Part shown: piece after piece, positions 1 to 10,133 of the stretch
How positions within the stretch are numbered: position 1 is the stretch's first letter
Layout: every line of letters begins with the position of its first letter
Source: Sedimentisphaerales bacterium
GTDB taxonomy: Bacteria > Planctomycetota > Phycisphaerae > Sedimentisphaerales > SM23-30
Assembly: GCA_963666285.1 (NCBI GenBank)
Contig: OY762711.1
Reading direction: 5' to 3' (one strand)
DNA: 64,000 nt
The notes under the pieces: model-generated
The model's input: only the letters and a program-made list of their open reading frames with translations
The model's database searches: none
What the model was told of the DNA's origin: nothing
Program-made: the position numbers and the translations under genes

Positions 1-488
1 TTAGAACAGATGACAGTGGAACAGTAGGAAGATAAAAACGTGCTGCGCACTAATGCAATGTTTGGTTGGCAAATGATATTGTTTGGGAGTAATATTTGGT
101 TGCTCGCAGAGATCGCAAGGTTCGCAAAGTTAAAGATGTAAAAAATGTCAAGGATGTGTCCTGATTGACATCGGGACCATATTTAAAAGCTGACGTGGAA
201 GCGAGTTTATAGTGAAAAGTGGAGTTTGAGGGTGGGGAGGATTTGGGTATAATTTTTTTAAATTGAGTGTGAGGAAGTCTGGTGTTAGATGGCTGGCGTA
301 AGTGGCGGAAGTATCGAAAGGTGTCGGAGGTTTTATTCTAAAAGTAGATTTTAGTCATGTTGTGCGGGAGTTTACCGGTATATTTTTGTTTCGTTATGCG
401 TTCTGAATTTAGTAGAATAAAAGATGAGGTATTGGAGCAATTATACCAAGTGCCGGTTCCGGCATAAAATATTTGAAAGGTTCCTGCT

Positions 489-2315
489 ATGTTAATCTCC
501 TGGGTAAAGAAATACTGGTGTGTGTTGTTTATTGTGTTGGTGCTGGTATTTGTTTCCGGTTTTGTCAATGCAGATTATGTGCCGGGTCATGTCCAGATAA
601 CCTATTATGAAGGGCCGCGTACCTGTATAAAGTGCCATGAGAGCGAAGCGATGGAGATGTTGGATAGTGCACATTATCAGTGGTCGGGTGATACGCCGCA
701 TGTGACGAATATATCCGGTAAGGCTGGTAAAGGAGATGTTGGTTTTAATACATATTGCGGTTCGGTGATAACCTCTCGGCGGCTAGCGTGCTGGTCGTGT
801 CATGCCGGTTATGGTAAGACGCCGACGAATGAAATGACGCTGGGGCAGGTTAATAATATAGATTGCCTGGTATGTCATAGTGAGTCATATAAACGAAAAG
901 CGGTGCCGCCGCATATGGAAGCAGATCTTAACCGGGACAGATATGTTGATATGACAGATTTCAGTCTAATGTCGATGGAGTGGCAGAACACCGGTTGCGA
1001 TGTGTTTACAGGGTGCAGTTATGCCGATCTGGCGGGTGACAGCAGAATAGATATAGTTGATCTGGGTTTGTTTGCGGCGGACTGGCTGGGCTGTACGGAT
1101 GTATCGGCAGGTTGTGATTATGAGTGGACGGAGAGTGTGACCTATACTGATTACCTGGGCGTAACGCGCAGTTGGGTGCTGCCGATCGAAAAAGAGAATG
1201 GCGATTTTGAATATGGCCCGGATGAAGATACGATGTCGGTTGGGATAGTTGAAGCGGCCCAGGGTGTGCATATGCCGACCCGCAGTACCTGTCTGAGCTG
1301 TCATGCATATGCAGCGGGCAGCGATTGCGGCAAGAGAGGCGACCTGGGGACGGGTTCGATTTCGCCGCCGTATAATGTTGATGTTCATATGTCGCCGGCG
1401 GGTGAGGATTTTGCATGCCAGAGATGCCATGAGACAGTAGGGCATAAGATGCTGGGCAGAGGCCTGGATCTGCGGCCGAGCGAACGTTCTGAGAAGATGA
1501 CCTGTTTGAGCGGCGGCTGTCATACATCTCGACCGCACGAAACTAATCAGCTGAATTATCATACTAGCAGAGTGGCATGTCAGACATGTCATATACCAAA
1601 ATTTGCTAAACTTAACAGTACGGAGATGGCACGCGATTGGGGTAACCCATATTGGGCACAGGGTATGTTCGGCGGCCAGGGCGGCTATAAGCCGGAAGAG
1701 ATTCGGGAGTCAAATGTTATGCCAACGTATAAGTGGTATGACGGCAGCAGTAAGGTTTATGCCTTGGGTCAGGTGCCGGCGCAGAATGCAGCCGGTCAGT
1801 ATGAGTTTGGTGTGCCGAACGGTGATGTGAGTTCTACCGGAGCCAGGATTTATCCGATGAAGGAGCATCTGTCAGAATCGGCAATGCATCTGGCGACGGG
1901 TGAGATAATTCCGCATTCGACGAGCGAATATTTCTTTACCGGCGATTTCGGTCGAGCGGTAGAAAAGGGCATGGAGCTGATGGGAATGGAAGGCGATTGG
2001 GAGCTGGTTTCGGTGCATACGTATCAAACGATTAATCATGGAGTTGAGCCGGATGATAATGCGTTGGCTTGCGGTCAGTGTCATAGCTCGTTGTCAGGCG
2101 GTCCGGTTCGGATGGACCTGGAGGGATTGGGGTATGTATTGAAGGACAGCCGGTCAACGGTGTGTTATCAATGTCATGGCAGCCAGGAGGCCAAACCGTT
2201 TAAGACCATACATGACATACATGTAAAGGATAAGAAATACGATTGTTCGTGGTGTCATGGCTTTAGCCGGCCGGAACGGAATTTGCTGGTGAGCCAGACT
2301 TCGCTAGAGCCATGA
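489..2315 (+). CDS. Secreted multiheme c-type cytochrome (octaheme tetrathionate reductase-like scaffold) with an internal dockerin-like insertion
   Basis: Signal peptide. Nine CxxCH motifs (CIKCH, CWSCH, CLVCH, CLSCH, CQRCH, CQTCH, CGQCH, CYQCH, CSWCH) plus CLSGGCH. The KRGDL, DVHM and VACQTCHIP segments resemble the OTR family. Paired Ca-loop motifs ADLNRDRYVDMTDF and ADLAGDSRIDIVDL. Confidence 0.85.
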   Translation: MLISWVKKYWCVLFIVLVLVFVSGFVNADYVPGHVQITYYEGPRTCIKCHESEAMEMLDSAHYQWSGDTPHVTNISGKAGKGDVGFNTYCGSVITSRRLACWSCHAGYGKTPTNEMTLGQVNNIDCLVCHSESYKRKAVPPHMEADLNRDRYVDMTDFSLMSMEWQNTGCDVFTGCSYADLAGDSRIDIVDLGLFAADWLGCTDVSAGCDYEWTESVTYTDYLGVTRSWVLPIEKENGDFEYGPDEDTMSVGIVEAAQGVHMPTRSTCLSCHAYAAGSDCGKRGDLGTGSISPPYNVDVHMSPAGEDFACQRCHETVGHKMLGRGLDLRPSERSEKMTCLSGGCHTSRPHETNQLNYHTSRVACQTCHIPKFAKLNSTEMARDWGNPYWAQGMFGGQGGYKPEEIRESNVMPTYKWYDGSSKVYALGQVPAQNAAGQYEFGVPNGDVSSTGARIYPMKEHLSESAMHLATGEIIPHSTSEYFFTGDFGRAVEKGMELMGMEGDWELVSVHTYQTINHGVEPDDNALACGQCHSSLSGGPVRMDLEGLGYVLKDSRSTVCYQCHGSQEAKPFKTIHDIHVKDKKYDCSWCHGFSRPERNLLVSQTSLEP

Positions 2316-2401
2316 GATTAAAAAGTTTGGTAATGAGTGGTGTATTTTGAAATAAGAATAGCCTGGATACCGGCGTTATAAGTGGTAGTTTGGGATGTTA
2401 T

Positions 2402-2437
2402 AAAAAAAACCGCAGCTCGTAAAGAACTGCGGTTTTT
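2402..2437. terminator. Bidirectional intrinsic terminator between the cytochrome gene and ppdK
   Basis: AAAACCGCAG...CTGCGGTTTTT inverted repeat with A and T tracts, between convergent genes. Confidence 0.8.
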
Positions 2438-2465
2438 GAATTTTAGATATCAGAAGCTAGTTTAA

Positions 2466-5168
2466 TTAGCCTTTGATAGCTGCCTGAGCAGCAGCCAGAC
2501 GTGCGATAGGCACGCGGAAAGGAGAACATGAAACGTAGTTCATGCCAGCCTTAGCACAGAACTCAACAGAAGCAGGATCGCCACCGTGTTCGCCACAGAT
2601 ACCGATCTTTAGTTTTGGAGAGGTCTTGCGGCCAAGATCGATACCGATCTTGACAAGTTTACCGATACCATCCTGGTCCAGAGACTGGAATGGATCAGCT
2701 TCGTATATGCCGAGCTTGGTGTATTCGCCGAGGAATTTACCAGCATCGTCACGGCTGAAGCCCATACCCATCTGGGTAAGGTCGTTAGTACCAAAGCTGA
2801 AGAATTCCGCTTCAGTAGCCACTTCGTCAGCAGTAAGAGCAGCACGAGGAACTTCGATCATAGTACCAACCATATAGTTCAGCTTGGTCTTCTTTTCTTT
2901 GAAGACAGCCTTGATTTCGTCGATCACGTGTTCTTTAACGAACTGCAATTCCTTAACAGTACCGATAAGAGGAATCATGATTTCAGGAACTACTTTCTTC
3001 TTGCCTTTGCTAGCAGCAATAGCAGCTTCCATGATAGCACGAGCCTGCATACGAGCGATTTCAGGATAAGTAACGCTCAGACGGCAGCCGCGATGACCTA
3101 GCATAGGGTTGAATTCGTGAAGTTCTTCAACCATAGCCTTAACCTGAGCAGGTTTAACCTTCAGGCGTTTAGCCATTTCAGCCTGGCTCTTAGCATCCTG
3201 AGGCAGGAATTCGTGTAGAGGCGGATCCAGCAGACGGATAGTAACCGGCAGACCAACCATAGCCTTGAACAGGCCTTCGAAATCTTTACGCTGGTAAGGA
3301 AGAAGTTTAGCAAGAGCGCCTTCGAACTTAGCCTTAGGATCTTTGAAAGCCGCCTGAAGTTTCTTCAGTTCAGCAGCATCTTCACAAACCGCGATTTCTT
3401 CTTTAAGAGCTTTGTAGTCTTCAGCAGCGAGGATCATCTGACGAACAGGCCAGATACGGTCGCCTTCGAAGAACATGTGCTCGGTACGGCAAAGGCCGAT
3501 ACCTTCAGCACCGAACTCGATAGCTTTCTTAGCATCCTGAGGAGTATCAGCATTTGTACGAACGTTGATCTTACGGAAGCCGTCAGCCCACTGCATGATA
3601 GTTTTGAAGTCACCGACAAGTTTAGGCTCAACAGTTTCGATCTGAGCAGCCATAACTTCACCGGTAGAACCGTCAAGAGAGATCCAGTCGCCTTCCTTGA
3701 TGGTTTTGCTGCCGATTTTCATGCTCTTGCCTTTGATAGCGATATCAGAAGCACCAGCTACACAGCAGCGACCCATACCACGAGCAACAACAGCTGCGTG
3801 AGAAGTCATACCGCCGCGCTGGGTCAGGATACCCTTGGCAGCATCCATACCGCCGATATCTTCCGGAGAAGTTTCGACACGGCACAGGATAACAACTTTG
3901 CCTTTTTTCTTCCAAGCTTCAGCATCTTCAGCAGTAAATACAGCCTGACCTACAGCAGCACCAGGAGAAGCAGGAAGGCCTTTACATACAACGTTTTTCT
4001 TGGCACCTGGCTTGAAAGATGGGTGAAGAAGCTGATCAAGCTGAGCAGGCTCAACGCGAGTAACAGCGACCTGCTTGTTGATCATTTTTTCTTTAACCAT
4101 GTCAACCGCAATCTTCAGAGCAGCAGCGGCAGTTCTCTTACCGTTACGAGTCTGAAGGATGTACATTTTACCCTGCTGGATAGTAAATTCGATATCCTGC
4201 ATGTCTTTGTAGTGTTTTTCCAGACGAGTCATAGTGTCTGTCAATTCTTTGTACATCTTAGCGTTTTTGCGTTTGAGCTGAGCCAGAGGCATAGGAGTAC
4301 GGATACCTGCAACCACGTCTTCGCCCTGAGCATTCATCAGGAATTCACCGTAGAATTCTTTCTTACCGGTGGAAGGGTTACGGGTAAAGCATACGCCAGT
4401 ACCACAGTCATCACCCATGTTACCGAATACCATAGACTGTACGTTAACAGCGGTACCGGCCAGGCCGCGAATATCGTTCATTTCACGATATTTAACAGCA
4501 CGTGGGATATTCCAGCTCTTGAATACCGCGTTGATAGCAGCTTCGAGCTGTTGTTTAGGATCACTTGGGAAAGGTTTGCCGATAACTTTTTTGTAAACAG
4601 CTTTGTAGCGGCTAACAAGTTCTGCCAGATCGTCAGCAGAGAGGTCGGTATCCTGAGCAGCTTTTTTCTGTTTCTTGAGTTTTTCGAGCTCAGCTTCGAA
4701 ATGCTCATGATGGCAACCCATAACTACATCACCGAACATGTCGATGAAGCGACGGTAGCTGTCCCAAGCGAAACGAGCATTGCCGGTTTTTTCGATGATA
4801 CCCTTAACCACAGTGTCGTTAAGACCCAGGTTAAGAACGGTATCCATCATACCAGGCATAGAAACAGCCGCACCAGATCTAACAGAAACCAGCAGCGGCT
4901 TTTCAGGATTACCAAATTCAAGGCCCATAGCCTTTTCCAGTTTGGCCAGGTTTTCGTCAACCTGTTTTTTGAGGCCGGTCGGCCATTTTTTTCCGGCTTT
5001 GTAGAAGGCGTCACAAGTTTCAGTTGTGATTGTGAAACCACCAGGAACAGAAACGCCGATATTGGTCATTTCCGCGAGGTTGGCGCCTTTACCGCCGAGT
5101 AACATTTTCATGTCGGCTTTACCTTCAGCTTTTTTGTTGCCGAAGAAATATACCATTTTTTTGCTCAT
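2466..5168 (-). CDS. ppdK: Pyruvate, phosphate dikinase
   Basis: LGGKGANLAEM, PLLVSVRSGA, GGMTSHAAVVARG (phospho-His), GIGLCRTEHMF, FSFGTNDLTQ, GICGEHGGDP. Confidence 0.98.
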   Translation of the reverse strand: MSKKMVYFFGNKKAEGKADMKMLLGGKGANLAEMTNIGVSVPGGFTITTETCDAFYKAGKKWPTGLKKQVDENLAKLEKAMGLEFGNPEKPLLVSVRSGAAVSMPGMMDTVLNLGLNDTVVKGIIEKTGNARFAWDSYRRFIDMFGDVVMGCHHEHFEAELEKLKKQKKAAQDTDLSADDLAELVSRYKAVYKKVIGKPFPSDPKQQLEAAINAVFKSWNIPRAVKYREMNDIRGLAGTAVNVQSMVFGNMGDDCGTGVCFTRNPSTGKKEFYGEFLMNAQGEDVVAGIRTPMPLAQLKRKNAKMYKELTDTMTRLEKHYKDMQDIEFTIQQGKMYILQTRNGKRTAAAALKIAVDMVKEKMINKQVAVTRVEPAQLDQLLHPSFKPGAKKNVVCKGLPASPGAAVGQAVFTAEDAEAWKKKGKVVILCRVETSPEDIGGMDAAKGILTQRGGMTSHAAVVARGMGRCCVAGASDIAIKGKSMKIGSKTIKEGDWISLDGSTGEVMAAQIETVEPKLVGDFKTIMQWADGFRKINVRTNADTPQDAKKAIEFGAEGIGLCRTEHMFFEGDRIWPVRQMILAAEDYKALKEEIAVCEDAAELKKLQAAFKDPKAKFEGALAKLLPYQRKDFEGLFKAMVGLPVTIRLLDPPLHEFLPQDAKSQAEMAKRLKVKPAQVKAMVEELHEFNPMLGHRGCRLSVTYPEIARMQARAIMEAAIAASKGKKKVVPEIMIPLIGTVKELQFVKEHVIDEIKAVFKEKKTKLNYMVGTMIEVPRAALTADEVATEAEFFSFGTNDLTQMGMGFSRDDAGKFLGEYTKLGIYEADPFQSLDQDGIGKLVKIGIDLGRKTSPKLKIGICGEHGGDPASVEFCAKAGMNYVSCSPFRVPIARLAAAQAAIKG

Positions 5169-5333
5169 AATAAGCTCTCCTTGAAATTATAGCCTTTTGT
5201 TCTATTCTGCACACATGTGCCGCCTCAACTGTTGTAGTTATTAAAGAGGCAACTTTATATTACGACACTTGCTTATCGGCTAGCATAAGCAAGCAGCTTA
5301 GTTCAATTATTCCGCATGATTAATTTTATTTGG

Positions 5334-5441
5334 CAGGCAAGCCCCGATAACCCAGTGGCTGGATGTTCTCTTCAAGGCCGTTGGCCCGAATCTCGTTTTG
5401 CGGATCTCTTTTTGTCTCTCTCTTTTCACCGGACTTGCCGG
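5334..5441 (-). ncRNA. Compact 6S RNA-like structured RNA candidate
   Basis: Closing stem GGCAAGUCCGGUGA/UUAUCGGGGCUUGCC, with G-U pairs possible only on the minus strand. Purine-rich bubble, apical hairpin UUCGGGCC-AAC-GGCCUUGAA and 3' hairpin AUCCAG-CCA-CUGGGU. A TAGAGT -10-like element lies just upstream. Confidence 0.5.
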
Positions 5442-6281
5442 AAAAAACTCTATTCAATCTTGCGATTGCCGAGTTTAAAGCTTCAGTGTCGGACTACACT
5501 AGAAGCTGGAATGAAATGATAAGGAGATTGCAGGTGGGTGTCAACCATAATCATGGCTTTTTTAGCTAAAAAAATGCAGTTTTCGTCGGTTTAGGGTATT
5601 TTTATCAAGTGCATTTTGATAGTAATTTATTTTAGCTGAATTCGACAGGTGGAGATAGCGGTTCAGAGAAAAAATAATTGTGCCGGGTTTGAATTAAGGC
5701 TGTAGAAAATTTGAAAGGAATCGCTGATGTTTTGGTTTCTGAGAATTAATTGACTGACAATCTGAAAATTTAACGGCAGGTTCAGGTTCTGATAATGTGC
5801 AATGAAAATAATTTCAGAAAAAAACAGATATGTAGAAAAAAGTCGTTATCCGGACTGCTGAAAAAGCCGGTATGTGAGTAAAAAGCCGAGAAAGTAATAT
5901 TAAGGCAAACTCTGAAAATTCATTTTGAGTGACTAGTTTTTCTTTTACCTGCTGACATGCGTCATTTAAAACAGTGAATATAGCCTAATATGCACGATTT
6001 ATATTCTTGTCAGCAACCAAAATCTTAAACTATCGCATCAAAAGCAATTCCAATAGGCCACCTTAAGTTATATTTTGTGTTATCATGGTTATGCCTGATT
6101 ATTTAGTCTGATAATGGCATTAATGTGTGTTGTTTTCTTTATTTGCGTTGGCAGCCTGGCTTTTTTTGGGAAGGTTGGTGGATGCTGGAGAAGAATTAGC
6201 GATGCCTGAGGGTATTGGGGTAGATTATGGCCAGTAATTATGATGAAATGTTAGGTTTAAGGATAAAGGGCAGGAAAAAAA

Positions 6282-6325
6282 TATCAAAGCCGTTCCCCAA
6301 TCAGCCCCTGAGACCGGCTTTGATA
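6282..6325 (-). terminator. Terminator of the XRE-cupin regulator gene
   Basis: TATCAAAGCCG...CGGCTTTGATA stem with a T tract on the minus strand. Confidence 0.65.
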
Positions 6326-6340
6326 TTAATCCGTTGTTTC

Positions 6341-6928
6341 TTAGTAGTCGAACCACTGGTTGTTATTTACCAGTTCCTGTGCAATTTTGTTGTTTCTTGG
6401 CATATAGAAAATTAGAATTTCTGTGCCGGAATCGAAATGGAATGAGTGATTAAGGTTGCTGGCATAATACAGGCATTGTTTTGGTTTGACCTCGTGTTCT
6501 TCATTTTCTATAGTGACAACTGTGCGTCCCTTGGTAACGAAGAGGATTTCATAGCAAGGGTAATGAAATAATCCTTGTTTATTGAGTTTAATGGTAGTTT
6601 CTTCCTCGTAGTTTTTTCGAATAAATATCAAATCGTTCAATTCAATCATGTGTCCGATGTCTTCGGGAGTAACTTTTAGCCTGACAGGCTCACTTTTGAT
6701 GATCTTTGGCTGAGTTTTTTGAGCTATATCAAATAGGTCGGTAGGTGAAACCCCGAAACTGTCTGCCAGGGCAAGCAATGATGATACAGATGGGACAGCT
6801 TTGTTAAGTTCAATGTCTGAAATTGTTCTTACAGAGAGCCCGGTTTTATTTGAGAGTGCGTCTAAAGTCAGCCCCCGGGCATTTCTTAGTGTTTTTACGA
6901 TAGTAAAGTTATAATCACTTTTTGCCAT
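6341..6928 (-). CDS. XRE-family HTH plus cupin transcriptional regulator
   Basis: HTH LRNARGLTLDALSNKTGLSVRTISDIELNK and cupin HYPCYE...H. Start taken at the ATG of MAKSDY, which follows AGGA. Confidence 0.9.
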   Translation of the reverse strand: MAKSDYNFTIVKTLRNARGLTLDALSNKTGLSVRTISDIELNKAVPSVSSLLALADSFGVSPTDLFDIAQKTQPKIIKSEPVRLKVTPEDIGHMIELNDLIFIRKNYEEETTIKLNKQGLFHYPCYEILFVTKGRTVVTIENEEHEVKPKQCLYYASNLNHSFHFDSGTEILIFYMPRNNKIAQELVNNNQWFDY

Positions 6929-7356
6929 GTCATGATTTCCTGTTGCTATTACTTCTGATCGAATGTGCGTTTTAGTATTTGGCAAATACTAAAACTGTTA
7001 AATAGTGTATTTTAATAATTTTAACTGAATGATTATAGACATAAAAATCTGTCAAAACCTAAGAAAAAATAAAAATATTAAAGATAAGTTCGATGTTTTT
7101 AACATTTAGTTGCAATTTTAATATTGGCCCAGATAAGGACATTCGACGACATGTATTTATGTAAGTCATTTTATTTTTAGCAATTAGATTGGCAAAGGCA
7201 AGCTAAAGCTGTTGGCCCAATACCTGCTAATAATTGTAGGTATTAGTTAAAAAGATTAGCAATAGTCTGCCTGTTAAAACATACCATTTAATTTTTTCGG
7301 TAAATCGGTACTGGTCTCTTTAATAATAAGCATAAGTTGTTTTTTGTATAAAATAA

Positions 7357-7389
7357 TAAAAAAAGCCCGCCGGAGAACCAGGCGGGCTT
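7357..7389 (-). terminator. Intrinsic terminator
   Basis: AAGCCCGCC-GGAGAACCA-GGCGGGCTT with a T tract on the minus strand. Confidence 0.8.
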
Positions 7390-7421
7390 GGAATTTTACA
7401 AATTTTTAGGAGTAAAGATTT

Positions 7422-8018
7422 TTACTGTTTAGCGAAAAAGAAATCAATTTCTCTAGATGCCAGCTCGCTGGCAATATTATTTTCTCTGGGAAGGTACAGG
7501 ATAACGATTTCGCTTTCTTCCATAGATCTATAGGAGTGCTTTAAATTGCTGTCAAAAAGAATTCCTTCTTTGTCACTTATGACATATTCTTTATCGTCAA
7601 TGTTTAAAGCCAGCTTTCCGCGTAGGATATAACAGAACTCACGGCATGGGTAATGTCGATCGCTTTTGTTGGTATAGGGTTCTATAACCTTTCCTTCTTC
7701 GAGTTTTGAAGTTAATATCTTCAATTCTCCGATAGATGCAACGTCAAAATTGTCGTTAGGAGCGGCGCTTATACCTGTTTGTTCGCTATTGATAAGCACA
7801 GGTGAATTTTTCTGAGCATAATCAAAAAGTTCAGTAGAAGAAACTTTAAGTGCTTGTGCCAGGGTGGATATTGTAGGAAGAGATGGGATTGTCTTATTCA
7901 GCTCAATGTCTGATATTGTTCTAATGGAAATTCCTGCCCTCTGTGACAGCATTTCCAGAGTTAATCCTCTGCGTTTTCTAAGTGTTTTTATGATAGAGAA
8001 GTCAAACATATTTTTCAT
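7422..8018 (-). CDS. XRE-family HTH plus cupin transcriptional regulator (paralog of the adjacent gene)
   Basis: Shares RTISDIELNK and HYPC.E with its neighbour. Confidence 0.9.
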   Translation of the reverse strand: MKNMFDFSIIKTLRKRRGLTLEMLSQRAGISIRTISDIELNKTIPSLPTISTLAQALKVSSTELFDYAQKNSPVLINSEQTGISAAPNDNFDVASIGELKILTSKLEEGKVIEPYTNKSDRHYPCREFCYILRGKLALNIDDKEYVISDKEGILFDSNLKHSYRSMEESEIVILYLPRENNIASELASREIDFFFAKQ

Positions 8019-8608
8019 CCTCGAAAGCCTCCGCTGTACTTAATTTTCGGTTACCAGTTGCATATACACAGTTTGCCAGTTCTTCATGATGATTATGCAT
8101 CATTTATCTGATAATATGAATATTCAGATAAGGCTATATCAGGAGCAGGTGGAAAACAATTTCAAAAGATGTGAAATTGCACATGTCATGCAAATAACAT
8201 TTTTACCTTCGCTTCATTTTTAGTGTTTTGCAAAAGTATAACAAACATGAACTAAAGTGTCAAGAGTGCAAAAGTAATTATCGATAGTTTTTTTTATGAT
8301 ATTACGATTGGCGAATAGTATGTGTTTCGCAAAGCAGGCCTATGCGCTAATTGGTTATTTGTTTGGTTTTATTTTGTTAATATCTCTGATGACATCTTTT
8401 ATGCAAATTATAAAAAATTGTCAATGAGGTTTGCGGTTATATTGAGATAGTAAATAAAGTGGTTGTGGATTGCAATTGGTCTGAGACAGCAGGAAGTGTT
8501 TATATTATTTTTAACTTGTGAATAGTTATAGTTTAGTAACAATTTAATTGTTGCAGGTAATAATTTGAACTTTAGTTCAAATTAAAATGCAAGATAGTAT
8601 GCAATATT

Positions 8609-9358
8609 TTACTTCTTTTGTTCTTTCCACTTGAGTTCGGCTTCTGGTTTTCTCATATAGATAGGTGTAAAGTCAGAAGGATTTTCAATGAGTCCTGCAC
8701 TTTTTCGTTTTTTGCCACATTCAAAGGCATTTTCTGCTGAAGGCGCATAATATTTTTTATTTAATATAATTACATCATCTTTTACAAATTCATTTATGTG
8801 GTAATTTATCCCTTCACCGAGAATGTGTAAAGGTTTAGGTGTTTTACTTAGAAAATAATCAGGAGTTTCCATAGTCGGAGGGAGTTCTATATTTAAAAAT
8901 GGTGTTAGACTAGTATCAGAAATATTTTCGTTCCAGACCTTTGTGTTAAATGAATAACATGCACAAAAGATGTTGCCTCTGCCGGCTTCCAGGACTACGC
9001 CGATATTTGACAGTTCAATTCCATCTTCTACAGCCTTTACAGCGTTTAGTGCTATAACGTCCAGACTTGGTACCGCAACGATTTCTGCGTCCAGCGCATA
9101 TGCAAGAGTTTTGGCCATAGTTACCGCAATTCTTATGCCTGTAAAACTGCCAGGTCCGGCAGAGACATAAATAGTTTTTAGCTGTTCGGGTAGAAAATTA
9201 TGATCATTGAACAGTTTATTTATCAGCGGCAGAGTTTCAGTGCTGTGTTTTAGGGGGGCGCTCATGACTTTGGAATCTATCAGCTGATCACCAACTCCTA
9301 TAGCAACACTTCCGGTTAGGCCTGAGGTTTCTATGGTAAGTGATAATTCATCGTTCAT
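8609..9358 (-). CDS. tsaB: tRNA threonylcarbamoyladenosine biosynthesis protein TsaB
   Basis: LTIETS, GPGSFTGIRIA and P.Y.R motifs. Start moved to MNDELS. Confidence 0.93.
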   Translation of the reverse strand: MNDELSLTIETSGLTGSVAIGVGDQLIDSKVMSAPLKHSTETLPLINKLFNDHNFLPEQLKTIYVSAGPGSFTGIRIAVTMAKTLAYALDAEIVAVPSLDVIALNAVKAVEDGIELSNIGVVLEAGRGNIFCACYSFNTKVWNENISDTSLTPFLNIELPPTMETPDYFLSKTPKPLHILGEGINYHINEFVKDDVIILNKKYYAPSAENAFECGKKRKSAGLIENPSDFTPIYMRKPEAELKWKEQKK

Positions 9359-9505
9359 GATTAAGTTCCTGCGGGCGGATAGGTTGTTAAGTAGAATTGT
9401 ATGTTCTTGGGTATGGGCGCAAAAAAGCAAGGCACATGTTAGCCCTGTGCCTTGCCTGGTATTCATGTTTTCCGCCTATTGTATGCAACGGAAAGAAAAA
9501 TTCAA

Positions 9506-9766
9506 TTATTCAGCAGTTTCCGGCTTCCAGTTTCTCTTTGGAGGCTTAACTACCAAGCCGTCGCTAATAGCTTTAGCAGAAGCCTTGACGCGTACGATTT
9601 TACCATCAACAAGTGCACGTACTTTCTGAATATTTGGCTTAAATTTACGTTTAGTAATACCGGTAGTCTTGCGACCAACACCACCGAGGTACTTGGCTTT
9701 ACCTTTGCGAGCGATCTTGCGACCGGCAACTGTTCTTTTTCCTGTAAAATAACAAACGCGTGACAT
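9506..9766 (-). CDS. rpmB: 50S ribosomal protein L28
   Basis: MSRVCYFTGK...TKRKFKPNIQ. Confidence 0.97.
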   Translation of the reverse strand: MSRVCYFTGKRTVAGRKIARKGKAKYLGGVGRKTTGITKRKFKPNIQKVRALVDGKIVRVKASAKAISDGLVVKPPKRNWKPETAE

Positions 9767-9814
9767 AACTTTAACTCCAATATTTTACTTTTTCGTTACT
9801 GTCAAAGATTCACC

Positions 9815-9842
9815 ATTATATAGTAAGAATATGATATTTCAA
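9815..9842 (-). promoter_or_regulatory. sigma70-type promoter of rpmB
   Basis: TTGAAA-N16-TATAAT on the minus strand. Confidence 0.6.
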
Positions 9843-10133
9843 GTATTTTTTGACAAAATAAGCCGATTAAGAGCCGGTCGAGCTGTTGTTTTGCATAAGG
9901 TTTTGTTATTAAATATGTTACATATGTTGGCGTTAGGGTTAGATTGCTTGTACACTTGGATTAGAATCAAAGTATTTGCAGAATCAACAGTCAGTTTGGA
10001 ATAATAGCAGATCTTGTTCGTTAATCATTAGTACTATGAATATGATTGATAGAAAGTATCCCTTTTAACCGATTAAGGGTATAATAAAATAAGTTAGATA
10101 ATGTCAGATTGACCAAAATAAAAGGCCATATGC

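Noticed and set aside
3477..5102. 541-aa ORF antisense to ppdK
   Set aside because: In-register shadow of a strongly codon-biased gene, with no recognisable motifs.
5470..6280. Long AT-rich spacer as a replication origin
   Set aside because: No cluster of TTATCCACA DnaA boxes seen and no dnaA-type context.
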